A stretch of DNA of 64,000 nucleotides from the human T2T-CHM13v2.0 reference genome, Homo sapiens. The notes under the pieces were generated by a model. The model was not told the origin of the DNA. It made no database searches and saw only the letters and a program-made list of their open reading frames with translations. The stretch lies in NCBI RefSeq assembly GCF_009914755.1, contig NC_060942.1. The stretch is one strand, 5' to 3'. Below, piece after piece: positions 27,964-45,071 of this stretch. The first letter of the stretch is position 1. Every line of letters starts with the position of its first letter. Both the position numbers and the translations under genes were made by a program.

Positions 27964-28789
27964 TTTAAACCTGTGCTTTAACAGGAGGCATTGAGTGTTT
28001 CTGCTTGCCCTCTTGCTTTTCTGTCATCGTCATGAGAAATATACTCAGGAAAAGAATGAAGAGTCTGAAACTAATCCACCTCCTAGCTGCCCACTGTAGA
28101 TATGTGCTATATATTATCAGTACCCCAAAGCTCCCCTTGTACCTCCTTTCAATCACTACTACTCTCCAATGGTGGCTTTCCTGACTGACGACCCACAGAT
28201 TACATTTTACCCTCTTCCCTTTTGCATCCTCCGTTTGGCAGAAATTCTGAGGGAAAATTAGCCTTATGCTGGAGGCTGCCCAGATCTACCAAAAGCCCTC
28301 TTAGTTTTATATACTATCTTATGATGAAAAGATAACTTTATAAGACAGTAAACTAATGCCTAGGTTTAGTTTATAAAAATTACTAGAATCACCTTACAGT
28401 GATTCCTAAGGTCTTGGCATTTTTAGCCTGTTATTCTACCTCTTCTATGAGAATACTCTAATTAGGAATTCGAATTGTGACTATGAATTCTTGTTAGCCA
28501 TCAAAAGGCATGACATTCTTTACTCTAAAATACTTAGCTTTCCGAGGCAGGAGAGAATACTAATGAGTATTTAAATAAAAACAGACCTTGGTTATATATC
28601 AATTAACCAGATTTCTATTTTCTCTTTAGGTTTAACTTTCTACTACCTCAGTGTAACCTTGTACAAAAGCATTCCATGTAGAGTACCTGCTTTTTTAAAC
28701 TACTTTACTTTCTTACAGAGTAAGCCATCTGCTTTCTAAAGCATTGAGACAAGAAACACAGACTCAGTGAAAAACATACTATGAAGCCA

Positions 28790-29040
28790 TGTAGTATAGT
28801 GCTGGAAAAAAGTACAAGACCTACTTAGATTCAACGCAAGTATATATTCCTTTTTAGCTGCATGAACCTGATCAAATTACTTTTTAAAGCCACAATTTAT
28901 CCCTTTATGGTCTGTGGATATGTAACAGCTTCGACCTTATACAGTTGAGATTATATGCTGTAACAAATGCATGTAAAGGCTTAGCACAGTGCCTGGTGTG
29001 GCATAAGCAGTCAGAAAGAGCTCCTTGACATTATCATTAT
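28790..29040 (+). mobile_element. MIR SINE
   Basis: gcatgtaaaggcttagcacagtgcctgg 3' motif. Confidence 0.65.
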
Positions 29041-29271
29041 TATAATTATTACTGTTACTGTTAAATATTTTACTGGGAATAGGAAAATCTAAGCAATTTT
29101 TGAAGGCTTTACTGAGTGAGAAAAAAATTCTTTCTCCATAGTTCTATACATTTTAAATTTTAATATTCTTTAGTTGATTATTGCTAAGACCTTGAAACAC
29201 CCTTTTTCCCTTCAAATCTCTGTTAATCTTCAAGTTAAAATTTTCTGTTTATATGCATTCTTGAAAGTATA

Positions 29272-29730
29272 TGTATTCACTTCCTATTACAGTATCAATT
29301 ACCACAAATTTAGTGGCCTAACACAAAAGAAATTCTTATCTTACAGTTCTGGAGGTCAGAAATCCAAAATCAATCTCAATGGGTTAAAATCAAGGTGTCA
29401 GCAGGACTGTTACCCTTCTGGAGGCTCTAGGGAAGAAGTCTGTTTTGAAAATTCCTTTCTGTCTCTTCTTCAGGCTGCCCATATTCCTTGGCTCCTGGCT
29501 CTGTATCACTTCAACATCTAACATCATCACATCTCCTTTTCTGACTCTCTTTTTCTTCTCTATTATAAGGACTCCTGTAATTACATTGGGCTTACCCAGA
29601 TAATCTTCTCATTCCTAATTTAATCACATCTGCAAAGTCCCTTTTGCCAAGTAATGTAACATATTTGCAGGTTTTGGGGATTAGGATGTGGACATCTGTG
29701 GGTGTACCGTTACTCCGCCTGCCTACCACA
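29272..29730 (-). mobile_element. MLT1C-like MaLR LTR
   Basis: ttaccacaaatttagtggc..cttacagttctggaggtcagaa..ggattaggatgtggacatct..gcctaccaca. Confidence 0.9.
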
Positions 29731-30603
<873 letters not shown>

Positions 30604-30611
30604 TTACAACC

Positions 30612-30613
<2 letters not shown>

Positions 30614-30669
<56 letters not shown>

Positions 30670-30688
30670 CTTAGAGGAAAGCAACTGC

Positions 30689-30730
<42 letters not shown>

Positions 30731-30751
30731 CTTAGAGGAAAGCAACTGCCT
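30614..30751. repeat. Compound repeat: 2 x [(CA)n + CTACTTAGAGGAAAGCAACTGCCT]
   Basis: Identical 24-mer at 30667-30690 and 30728-30751, each preceded by a CA array. Confidence 0.97.
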
Positions 30752-31010
30752 GCCCAACCTTGGACTAATAGTCATCCTTGTTATTGATCCTTGTAGCCAA
30801 GGATTATTGTCTCCAAACAATTATGTAATCCTGCTCATTTTCCCTTTAAAAATCTTTTTTCCTTTACCTCTGTGAATATGCACATAGTTTACAATGGCAT
30901 GTGTATTTCCATTGCAATGCCCTATTCCCAAATAAATATAATTTTCTTTTATTGAGCCTCTTTCTGTTACTTAAGTTGACAAATGGTGTCAGAAGTGGAA
31001 TCTGAAGAAG
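30728..31010 (+). mobile_element. ERV1 LTR 3' half (MER34/MER39-like) followed by a tRNA-Leu primer-binding site
   Basis: ccattgcaatgccctattcccaaataaa ... gttgaCA end at 30981; PBS TGGTGTCAGAAGTGGAAT at 30984-31001. Confidence 0.75.
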
Positions 31011-31509
31011 GGTCACCATCAGTGTTTTCCTGTGTTTTTACTGAGTTTTTGACCATCAGTTGCTTGTGTGCTTTGTGATTTTATCTTTTGGAATTTTTTG
31101 AGGCTTGTGATTAAGGTAGGTTTATCCAAAGTAGATTTGAGTTTTTTTCATGTACTTTGTGGATGCTGTCATGTGGTAATCTCTGTAATCTAGATTGTCA
31201 TCTTGTACCATCTAAGTGGTATAAATTTTACCTGAAAATATACAAGAAGGAAGGCTCATAATAACAAATTCTTAGGGCGATTTGTGTAGCCACTTTAGTT
31301 TTTCATTTTCCTACCATACTATCTGTAAATATAATACAGATGGAGTGAAGAAATGCAAGAAACAAAGCCTGCTCAGCTAAATCTATCTCTTTTTTGTGTG
31401 CCATAGCATATAAACATGTGTTCCATAAGGGAAGGCGCTGTGATAAGACAGCAGAAAATCTTGGACCTGGTGGGAGAAGAGGATTAGGTATTAGCTTTAA
31501 GTTTTGATT

Positions 31510-33120
<1,611 letters not shown>

Positions 33121-33934
33121 GTAGAGCCACTGTTTCTGATAAGTGTGTCCCATTAGAATTTATCACATCATTTTTCACTCATGTGTAATGTGTTGTCTTT
33201 TCAATGTATGTTTCTAAATGTAGTTTTGTTTTCTTTGTGAGGTTCACTGAGCTTTTTGAACATAAACATTTATATCTTTCAACTATTTGGGGTAATTTCA
33301 GCCATTATTTCTTGCAGTATATTTTCCAACTTTTTATTTTGCTTTTCTCACACTGGGATTCCAATTTATATATATATGTACCTGCTAATATTGTTGCAAA
33401 ATTCATTGAATCTGTTTATTTTTAAAATCCTTTGTCTTTCTGTTTCTTAGATTAGATGATGCATATTGATCTGTCTTAAAGCTCACTGACTCAATCTTCT
33501 GACATCTCCAGTTTTCTTTTTAGAAGCTTTTTCAGTGAAATTTTTCATTTCAGATATTGAATTTTTTGATTTAAAAGTATCCATTTTGTTATTTTTATAG
33601 TTTTTCTTTTTCTGTTCAGATTTTCTTCATCTGTTTATTCTTTATGAATATAATTATAGTAGCTACTTTTAATCTCTTTTAGATAACTCCAAAATCTGGG
33701 TCATTTTTGTTGTTGTTTTTTATTTTTTAAATTCTGCTACCATTTACTGATCACTTGTACCAGTCATTGTCCTAAGCAATTTATAGAAATAAACCCATTT
33801 AATCCTTACATGTGGGTCAGGAGCTATTATCATCTCCATCGTACAGATAAGTAAGGAGGCACAGAGAGGAAAATTCTTTCCTGACAGCAGTTAATGAATG
33901 TGGTTTCTTACGTATTTGTTAAAACAGCTGCCAT

Positions 33935-34075
33935 TTTTTATTTGTTTGTTTGTTTAGAGACAGAGTCTCGCTATGTTGCCCTTGCTGGCCTTAAATTCCT
34001 GGGCTCAAGTAATCCTCCCACCTCAACCTCTCAAGTAGCTGAGACTATAGGCATCTGCCACTGTACCCAGCTCAC
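33935..34075 (-). mobile_element. Alu monomer (FLAM-like)
   Basis: Single antisense arm. Confidence 0.85.
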
Positions 34076-34409
34076 TTCATTTTTTTTTTTTTTTAAAGAA
34101 AAGTGATGGAGTCAAAAGGTCCACTATTAAAAACAAAACAAAACAAAATTCCCTAGGTTAAAAAAGCAAAAACAAAAAAAATCTTAGCATCAGAGTCCAC
34201 TGGGTTAAAAATAATGAGAATAAAAAATCCCTGCTCATAACATCCTCCTTCTAGAATGGTTGGAAGGTCAGAGCATTTTTATAACAAAGTCTTTCATTTC
34301 CATTGATTTCCTTCATGGGTCATGTTTTCTTGTAATTTGGAATATCTCCTCCATATTATGAATGACATATTGTAGACAGTTTATATTCTGTTGTAGTCCT
34401 CTGAAGAGG

Positions 34410-34680
34410 TTTTTTTTGTTTTGTTTTGTCTTGTTTGTTAAGAGGCAGGGTCTTGCTATGTCACCCTGGCAGCTCAAGCAATCCTCCTTCCCCAGCTTCC
34501 CAAGTATCTGGGACTACAGCTGTGTGCCACCACACCCAGCTACTTAAAATTTTTTTTCTTTTTAGAGATGGGGTCTCACTATGTTGCTCAGGTCGGTCTT
34601 GAACTTGTGGCCTCAGACAATCCTCCTGCCTCAGTCTCCTGAGTAGCTGTGATTATAGGCTCAAACCACAGTGTCAGGCC
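34410..34680 (-). mobile_element. AluJ with internal deletion in the right arm
   Basis: Alu arms; TCTGAAGAG repeated on both flanks. Confidence 0.88.
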
Positions 34681-35534
34681 TCTGAAGAGTTTTGAACTTT
34701 GTTTTGTTTTGCCTGAATTCAAACTCCAAACTCTTGTTTTCTGAAATTGGGCAGTAGCTGAAATTTTTTATTAGTTCATTTAGTCCTAACTGAGCTGCCT
34801 GGAGACTTCTCTGTGTATGTATATGCCAGACAGAGATTTAGACAGAATTTAATATATAGGATTTGTGCAGTTCCTTTCTCCTTCCTTCAATATCCCACCT
34901 CAGTTTCCATCTGACATTGTCATCCTTAACTCTGTTTTCTGATTTAACAACAGATAAGACTGTTTTTATCTGAGATTTAGCCTTTCTGCTCAGGATTGAC
35001 TGAGGCCTACACTCAGGCAAAAAGTCATAAGAATGAAAAATTCACCCACTGTCAGTCCCTTCTAGTTGGCACCTCCCCTCCCATTTTTCCTGTTTCTGGC
35101 TCATCTCCAGCGATTTTAGACAGTTGTGTGTTTTTTTTTGTTTTTGTTTTTTTTAAGAGTTTTTATGTCTAGAGCTCTAAGTTGTTTTCTATGGGAGGAT
35201 TGGTTCAAATATTGTGAGACGACTTCATCATTACAGGAAGTTGGACTCCTGTTATTTTTCTTTTGATTTGTGTCATATCTGTAGTAACACATCCTCTTTT
35301 TGCCTTATATTGGTAATAAATATTCCCCCCCTTTTTTGTATCCAATCAGTCTCTGATTTTTCCCCTTTTCCATCAGTCTTGCAGAGTATTATCAGTTTTA
35401 TTTATATTCAAAAAGCCTTCTTTTGACGTTCTTACTTTTCCTTCATGTTTGTTTTTTATTTTCTTGATATCTGCTCTAGTATTTATTTCCTTCCTTCCAT
35501 TTACTTTGGGCTTAATTTGCTCATCTTTTTCTAG

Positions 35535-35954
<420 letters not shown>

Positions 35955-36610
35955 CTATATTTGCATTATCATTCAGTTTAAATTATTTTAACATAATTTA
36001 TTCCTTCTTTGATATGAGTTATTCTGAAGTATATTGTTACTGATTTCTTACTGTTATTAACATTTCTTTGTGTTTAGATACTCTGTATAATTTTAGCCTT
36101 TTAAAATTTAGTGAAACTTGTGTTATGGCCCAGTATGTAGTGTATCTTGATGAATATTCTCTGTGCACTTGAAAATAATGTATATTTTACAGCTGTTGGG
36201 GTAGGGCTTTCTAAATTTAATTGTCAGTTGCATTAAGGTACTTGATAGTGTCATTTGAAACAATGTTACTAGGGTTTTATTCCTTTATTATTATTATACA
36301 TATATGATCTATTTTATCATCATGAAATTTTCCTCCATACTTGTTAATACTTCTCATGAAATCCATTTTGTTTGATAGTAATATGGTCACAAAACTCTCT
36401 TATGGTTATTGTTTGTACAGTATGTCTAGTTTCATTCTCTATACTTGCAACTTGTCTGTTTTATTTTCAGTGTATCTCTTATAGACAGCATATAGTTACA
36501 TCTTGCTGTATGTATGTGTGTGTGTATTTTATGGGGGTTGGTCTTGCTTTTTTATACAGTCTATCAATTCCTGCCTTGTGATCATGAGTTCTTAGTCTGT
36601 TATACTTAAG

Positions 36611-37678
36611 TACCACATTTTCTTTATCCAGTCCACTGTTGATTCCACGTCTTTGCTACTGTGAATAGTGTTGCGAGGAACATAGAGTGTTGCAAGTACA
36701 TGTCTTTTTGTTAGAACGATTTATTTTCTTTTGGGTATATACCCAGTAATGGGATTGCTGGGTCGAGTGGTAGTTCTTTACTTTAAGTTCTTTGATAAAT
36801 CTCCAAACTGCTTTCCACAGTGGCTGAACTAATTTACATTCCCACCAGCAGTGTATAAGCATTCCCTTTTCTCCACAACCTCACCAACATCTTTTATTTT
36901 TTATTTTTATTGATAGCCATTCTGACTAGAGTGAAATGATACCTCATGGTTTTGATTTGCATTTCTCTAATGATTAGTGATGTTGAACTTTTTAAAATAT
37001 ATTTGTTGGCTGCATCTTTGTTTTCCTTTGAGAAGTGTCTGTTCATGTCCTTTGCCCATTTTTAAAAATGGGGTTATTTGGCTTTTGCTTGTTTAACTTC
37101 TTAAGTTCCTTATAGATTCTAGATATTAGACCTTTGTTGGATGCACAGTTTATGAATATCTTCACCCGTTCTGTAGGTTATTTATTTACTCTGTTGATAG
37201 TTTCTTTTGCTGGGCAGTGGTCCCACTTGTCAATTTTTGTTTTTGTTGCAGTTGCTTGTAGGAACTCGGTCATAATTTTTATGCCAACGCCAATATCCAG
37301 AATGGTATTTCCTAGGTTTTTATCTAGGATTTTTATAGTTTGAGATCTTATAAGTCTTTAATCCATCTTGAGTTAATTTTTGTATATGGTAGAAGGCAGG
37401 GGCCTAGGTTCATTCTCCTGCATGTGGCTAGGCAGTTATCCCAACACCATTTATTGAATAGAGAGTCCTTTCCCCATTGCTTATTATTGTCAACATTGTG
37501 GAAGATTAGAGGTTGTAAGTGTACAGCTTTATTTCTGTGTTCTCTATCCAGTTCCATTGGTCTATGTGTCTTTTTTTTTGTGCCAGTACTGTGCCATTTT
37601 GGTTACTATAGCCTTGTAGTATAGTTTGAAGTCAGGTAGTGTGATGCCTCTGGTTTTGCTCTTTTTGCTTAGGATTGC
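36611..37678 (-). mobile_element. L1 (old L1PA/L1PB) ORF2 C-terminal fragment
   Basis: Peptides [19 protein letters not shown] and [27 protein letters not shown] on the minus strand. Confidence 0.93.
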
Positions 37679-38512
37679 AAAGTTTAGTCTTTGTTCACAC
37701 AATCATTTGGAATCAATGTGGGTCTTGCATTAAAGCTTTATTAGAATGTGTCCAGGTCAACCTTTATCCTGGGGCTAATTTAGCCCCATTTCTAAGATAT
37801 GGCCTCTCTGAGGACCCTATCAAATATCTTGTGTATTACATAGTTTTTGTACTCTGGCTGATGACAGTGCTACCTGGTTTTGGCCCTGTGTGAACTCTGG
37901 CAGTTGTTCAGCCTTCTGCTTTCCAGTGTTTTTTTTCATTGGCCACAGGTGTTTCATTCCATAAGTATATGGATTAATACTCAGCCAAAGATGAGAGCAT
38001 CCCTTTGCAGACCCTCAGAGCTCTCTGTGCAGCTTTCCCCTCTCTAGTACTCTGCCCTGTGAAGTCTAGCTAGCATCCTTAGCTTCCATGCATGCCAGTC
38101 TCTCTGCGTAACTCAGCAAGACCACCAGGTTCCGTTAGTATTTCCTTTCACTGTGCTGTGGCCTGGCAACTGCCTTTAGGCAACAAGCTGGGATGATCGA
38201 GTCACCCAATTTTTTTACCTTTTCTCTGGCAGCATATCCTCCTCTGTCCTTTCTCCAACATCTGGAACTGTTGTTTCATACATTTTTTTTTCATTTTTCT
38301 AGTTGTTTATAGCATGAGGACAATTCTTGTCCCAATTTATTCATCTTGGGTGGAAGCAGAAGCTCCTGAAAAGACAGTATTTATGGTCATCATTACCAGA
38401 GGGTTATTTTTTTTTTTTTTGTAGGTCAGGTTGAATGAAATTCTAGATATATTTTTACTTTAAGCCATCTTTGATTTTAAATTTCATAAATTAACAACAG
38501 AAGATGAATTAG

Positions 38513-38862
<350 letters not shown>

Positions 38863-39092
38863 TTTTCTTTACATTTTTAACAGACATCCAACTTACAGAT
38901 TTACTATGACTTGTGTGGTTCATTCTCTTCACTATCAGAATCTTCCAAGATTCATATCAGTTACTGAATTTTGTCAAGCTCCCTAGTTATGGTTGTGTTT
39001 TATTCTAAGAACCCACCCCTAGTACTTGCTTTCCCTTATTCTCATATTTTAAAGTACTTATTTCAGAAGTGGTTTGGGAATTTTTGAAAATA

Positions 39093-39231
<139 letters not shown>

Positions 39232-40224
39232 TAAACAAAGACAACCTATATGTAGCTAGTCAAGTCATGGCACTCCCTTTTAATTTTCTCTTGAAGATTA
39301 CCTAGATTTTAGCAGGATAGGAATAGCATTTAATACTATTCTTAGGTTTTTCCAAGTATTAATGCCGTTGTCTTTGTTTGCTGTGTCTAGAATGTAGTTG
39401 TCTCCCTCTTGACCACACAATTCTTAAGTAGGTAGGCTCTGCCTTGTCTTCCTTTTATTTTGTGTATGGTTCCGTACTTGAACTTGATTCAAACATGTCT
39501 ATCCACCTTCCCCAATACCATCTCTCAGTTGGCAACTTGTTCTGGCTCTTTAACTGAAGCATGTAGTTGATATGCTGATTTTTTTCAATAATAGATTTTA
39601 TATTTGGGTATTCCCACATCATCATGGGAAATTTTTTGAAGAATCCATCATATTAAACATTCTTTCTGGTTCAGTTATTGAAAAGTTTGTTTATATTTTG
39701 CCACAGGGGTTTGTGTGGTTTTATTGTAGGATGCTTTTTTTGTTGTTGATTCTGATTTACTTGGCTGGCCTATGAATGCCATTCTGAATTGGTTACTAAA
39801 AATGTTTATATTTAGACCTGGACAGATAATTTTTTCTTTCGTTTTATGAGTAGCTTTTTAAAATAAAAAACTTTTTAACTCAACAGAAGTCTAAAGAAGG
39901 TGGATCATTTAGTATTTAATGGGGAACACAAGTGTTGAGGTAATGAGTATATGAGATATTCGAGTTTCATTTTTCAAGTTACTTAGGCTAGAATTTTTTT
40001 TCGTAGTAGGGATTATTTGGGGGTCATTTTACGTACTGCCTTGAGAAGAGTCTTGGTGCCTTTTGTTATTAAAGTATTGCAATAGGTAATGTTTGCAAGG
40101 TATTACAATATATTGATACACTTTAATATTATATATAGTATTCCTCCATGTCAATAAGTATTGAAGATGTTTATGATTGATTTTTTTCCTTTAATTTTTT
40201 CTTACTTTTCACTTCTTGACTTCA

Positions 40225-40770
40225 TATATCAAAGAAGAAATCCAGAGTGAAATTAGAGAGTATTTTGAACTAAATGAAAATGAAAACACAACACAACCTG
40301 CTAAAATTACTTAGATGTATCTAAAGCAGTACTTAAAGGGAAATTTTACCACTGAAATCCTACATTAGAAAAGAAGAAAGGTCCCAAATCAGTAAAATCA
40401 GCTTTCACCTTAAACTAGTAAAAGCAAAACAAATGAAACCAGAAGTTTACAGGATTATAATAAGGATCATGGAGGAAATCAATGAAACAAACAACAGAAA
40501 AGCAATAGAGACAATGAAGCCAACCTGGCTATTTGAGAAGATAATAACATTGTTAAAATTCTGTCATATTAATCAGTCAAAAGAAGAGAGAAGACAAATT
40601 ACCAAATTAGGAATGACAGAGGTCTCATCTCTACAGATTCTATAGATCTTAAAAAAAGGGGATTATTATAAGTAACTTTATACATATAAGCTTTACAATT
40701 TACATGAAAGGGATAAATAGATAAGTTGATTTGTATATCATTAAAGAAATTGTATTTGTAGTTAAAAACC
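40225..40770 (+). mobile_element. L1M ORF2 N-terminal-region fragment
   Basis: tattttgaactaaatgaaaatgaaaacacaaca..ctaaagcagtactt..tacattagaaaagaagaaagg. Confidence 0.85.
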
Positions 40771-40846
40771 AGCAAGCGAAGTGTAAAGAAAAGAACATTC
40801 TAGACAGACAGACATATCCCAAGATACACAGAAATACCAAGCATAG

Positions 40847-41035
40847 AGCTACACTGTATAATATGGTGACCACTAGCTATATGTGACAATTTAAATTTAA
40901 ATTAATTATAATTCAGTAAAATAAATTTTGTACCTGTTACATTTGCCACATTTTAAGTTATCATTTACCTACATGTGACTGGTATTATGTAGAACATAAA
41001 GAACATTCACATCAACAAAGTTCTACTGGACAGAG
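40847..41035. mobile_element. MER3-like hAT-Charlie element
   Basis: aatatggtgaccactagctatatgtg..gccacatttta..aaagttctactggacag. Confidence 0.75.
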
Positions 41036-41039
41036 CCAT

Positions 41040-42100
41040 CATAATGTGTTTAGGAAACTTCAGGAGTTCTGATTTGATGAGAGTGTAGGTTGCAATGGTG
41101 AGATGGAAGTTGCAAAGGCAAGTTGGAAGGGAATTATGCTGGAAGGGCAAACTGATTCCAAACCATTGAGTGTCTTCAATGGCAATGGTGTTTGGATTTA
41201 CCCTAGGGGACACCAGCTAGGGTAGAGAGGTGATTTTTGGTTTTGGTTAGTGACGGTAGATGCTGGTAGGGTAAGTTGATCTGATTTGTGTTTGTTTGGT
41301 TTTGATTAGTGAAGGTAGATGCTGGTGAGTTGATCTGATTTTGAGTATAATATTTTGGAATATTATACTCAATATAATGTTTTGAAATAATATTTTGAAA
41401 TAATATTTCTGGGGGCAGGATAAAAGGTAGATTTGAGGGGTGAAATCAGTATTCAGGAGCTCACTCTCTAACAGCCAAGTTGTCCAGATGAGAGTGGTGG
41501 TAAGGACTAAGCTATAATGAGGCAATGAGCATATAAGGAAGGAGACATTTGAATGCTATTTAGAGGAAAAAAAGATAGGAGGATTTGATGTGGGAGCTAA
41601 CAGAATCTGAATGACCCTGATTTCTGGATTGAGCATATAGAGACAAGATAGGACTTATGTGGGGAAAAGCAGACTTTGAAAAGAGAAAACGAGTATGACT
41701 ATAAATTTGGCCACATTATCTTTAAAGATAGGCCCAATTTAATTAAGAGTCTGGAGTTGGTAAAACTCAGGATCAGATATGTGCTTTTGGGCATCACCAG
41801 AATATAGTTGGCTTTTTGAAGCTTTGAATTTGGATAAGATTGCCCAGAGAGAATATGCAGCATGTACAGATCAAAGCCAAGGACACACCCCAATATTTAT
41901 TAGGTATAGAAAGATAGGACCTTAGAATAAGAATGAAAATGAGTAACTAGAGAAAAAAAAATAAAGAGTGGTTCCCAAAAGAACCCAAAGAAGATAACAT
42001 TTCAAGGAGGGTTGCTGGTCCAGAGAAGTCATATAAAAGAACCATAAGCATATATTGGATTTGTTGAACAGGAAGTCATTTGGGACCTTTCAGAAGTGTA
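41040..42100 (-). mobile_element. L2 fragments
   Basis: Diverged purine-rich L2 motifs (ggcatcaccagaatatag, cagagaagtca, ggaagtcatt..gacctt). Confidence 0.55.
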
Positions 42101-42679
42101 GTATCCTGAAACACCAAGCAAATTCAGACCTTCATGCTGAGGTGAATTTGTAAAGGGTCATTGGGCGTACCCTTTGGGAGAACTGATACGGCCTTCAGAC
42201 CTGTAAGTTATATTTGTTTCATATGTAAAATGATAATACACCATGGTGTTTTTATTATAAAGATTATGTATGGTAATATGAGAGAAAGTATTTTGTAAAC
42301 TCTGTAAAGTTTTTTGGAAGTTTACAGAATTGTGATTAGTTTTTTTGTGAAATCTCTATATAATTTAAGGTAAGGAAATGGGAGGGAGGATTTTAGGTAA
42401 AAACAGAAGATAATAAAGATATATAATGGCAGAATACTACGGATTCTGGAGGACCCACTGGAATTATATGAACAGTGGAGATATGAGCCAAGAAAGAAGA
42501 AGGGCTGAGCTGACTGAGGAAAAGAAATAGAATATTGGTGTTTTGTAGACCATGAATTGAATACCTTCTTCCTGGGCAGATCTAGAATACACTAAACAAA
42601 TTTGGAACCTTTTCTTTTTCTCTTTTTGTACAGTATAAACAGATCATTGTTGAAACTAATTACATTAGTTACATTTTAG

Positions 42680-42998
<319 letters not shown>

Positions 42999-43923
42999 TG
43001 GGTCTTCTTATATATTTCTTACAAATGTCTTCTTTGGAGCCCTTAATTTTGCAGGTAGTATTTATTTCATCTAGTTTCTTCTCTTTCTCCTCCTCTCTTC
43101 TCCAACCCCCTTTCCACTTTGATTTCTTCTTTTTTTAGGAGTTATCTCAACTTTTTTTTTTCTTAGTATTGTTTTGTTGTTCTCTGAAACCTTCAGATTT
43201 TGTAACTTTTGAGTGCAGGTCTTCTGAGAATGGGGCTTTATAGACATTTTCATGTTTAGTTTACTATGACGCAAGCTTCTTGTTCGAAAGGGTTAAGTTT
43301 CTTGGGTGCTAATTGATTGGAGGAAGGATAGATTATCTGTGAAATTGGGAATATTTATAGTCTATGCAAGAATAATTTATAATTCTTATTTCTACATACC
43401 TGGCTATCATGCCTTCCTCAGCCTCCAGAGATGTAATCTCTAATAGCAGATGGCAGCACCAGGCAACTTTGTGTTATTAATGGGAAAGAGGAAAACTGGT
43501 TTCACTCACTTTCTTCCTTTTTCTTTCTCTATCTCTCTCTCTCTATTTATTTATTTATTTATTTATGTATTTATTTATTTATTTTTGGAAAGAACACCAC
43601 AGAGGTTCAGTACCATTCTCACACATCGTATCAGGGTCACATGATACCCACAAGGTACTGGTGATACTAACTTTGATCACTTGGTTTAAGTAGTATTTTC
43701 CAGGTTTCTCCACTGTAGTGTTATTTTTCCCTTTCCATACTCTACCCTTCAGGTGAAGTAACTAAGTCTAAACCACTCTCTGGAGTAGAAGATAGGTATT
43801 AAGGTCCACCTCCTAAAGGCAGAGAATGTTCATATATATTTGAAATTCTTCTATACAACATTTATATCTTCTCTTTCATTTTACTAATTTATTTTTAAGC
43901 TACTGTGCAATACAGGGTGGGTG

Positions 43924-44335
43924 TGTGTTAGACCATTCTTGCATTGCTATAAAGGAATACTTGAGGCTAGGTAATTTGCAAAGAAAAGACGTGTAATTGG
44001 CGCATGGTTCTGCATGCTTTATAGGAAGCATTGTCCTGGCATCTGCTTCTTCTAAGGGCCTCAGGAAGCTTACAGTCATGGCAGAAGGTGATGGGGAGCC
44101 AGGACGGCACCTGGCAAGAGTGGAAGCAACAGCGACAATGGGGAGGTCCCAAACTCTTTTAAACAACAAGATCTCTGCAAACTGAGAGATAACTCATCAC
44201 CAAAGGGATTGTTGCTAAGCCATTTATGAGGGATCTGCCCCCATGATTCATTTACCTCCCACCAGGCTCCACCTTCAACATTGGGAATCACATTTTAACA
44301 TGAGATTTGGAGGGGACAAATATCCAACCATATCA
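43924..44335 (-). mobile_element. MSTA-like MaLR solo LTR
   Basis: tgtgttagaccattcttgcattgctataaaggaatac ... gagatttggaggggacaaatatccaaccatatca. Confidence 0.92.
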
Positions 44336-44628
44336 GCATAAAAGGGTCAGTAATGTAACAATGTTGGTTTTTCAGGTGTGACAAATATACCATGGTAATG
44401 TAAGATACTAATGATAGAGAAAACTGAATAAGGGTATATGGGAACTGTCTGTAGTATCTTTGCAACTTTTTTGTTATGTCTAAAATGATTCTAAAATAAA
44501 AAGCTTATTAAAATAATCATAGCACTATGGCATAATTGTTACTTAGAGAATGAGCAGGAACAATTTGGTAATAGTAATAACTTTTTCCTTGATATGATTA
44601 TTTTCACTGTGCTTTAAGGGAAGAAAGA

Positions 44629-45071
44629 AGCCAGATGCACTGGCTCACGCCTGTCATTTCAACACTTTGGAAGGCTGCTACAGGCAGATCACTTGAGCTC
44701 AGGTGTTCGAGACTAGTCTGGGCAATAGGGCGAAACTTCATCTCTACAAAAAAAAATTTTTTTAAAATTAACTGGGCATGGTGGTGTGTGCCTGTAGTCC
44801 CAGCTATTTGGGAGGTTGAGGTGGGAGAATTACCTGAGCCTGAGAGGTTGAGGCTGCCATGAGCTGAGTTGTGATCATGCCACTGCATTCCACCCGGGGT
44901 GACAGAGTGAGACCCTGTCTCAAATAAAGAAAGAAAAAAAGAAAGAAATGAGTGGGGTGGAAGGAAGAGAGAGAGAGGAAAGAAAAAGAAAGAAAGGAAA
45001 GAAGGAAGGGAGGGAGGAAACAAGGAAAGAAAGAAAGAGAAAAAGAGAAAAGAGAGAGAAAGAGAAAAAGA
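44629..45071 (+). mobile_element. AluJ with about 150-nt (A/G)-rich expanded tail
   Basis: Alu body to about 44920; TSD-like AAGGGAAGARAGA at about 44616 and 45072. Confidence 0.92.

Noticed and set aside
30614-30751. Repeat-spacer-repeat pattern resembling CRISPR
   Set aside because: Only two copies, the spacers are (CA)n, the context is eukaryotic and there are no cas genes
34923-34953. Weaker TCCTTAAC branch-like motifs (also 60904-60920)
   Set aside because: Shorter matches that are expected by chance in this base composition, with no supporting exon structure
40811-40821. AC|ATATCC as a zero-length U12 recursive site
   Set aside because: The donor lacks the TT(T) extension (ATATCCCA) and no U12 branch point precedes it
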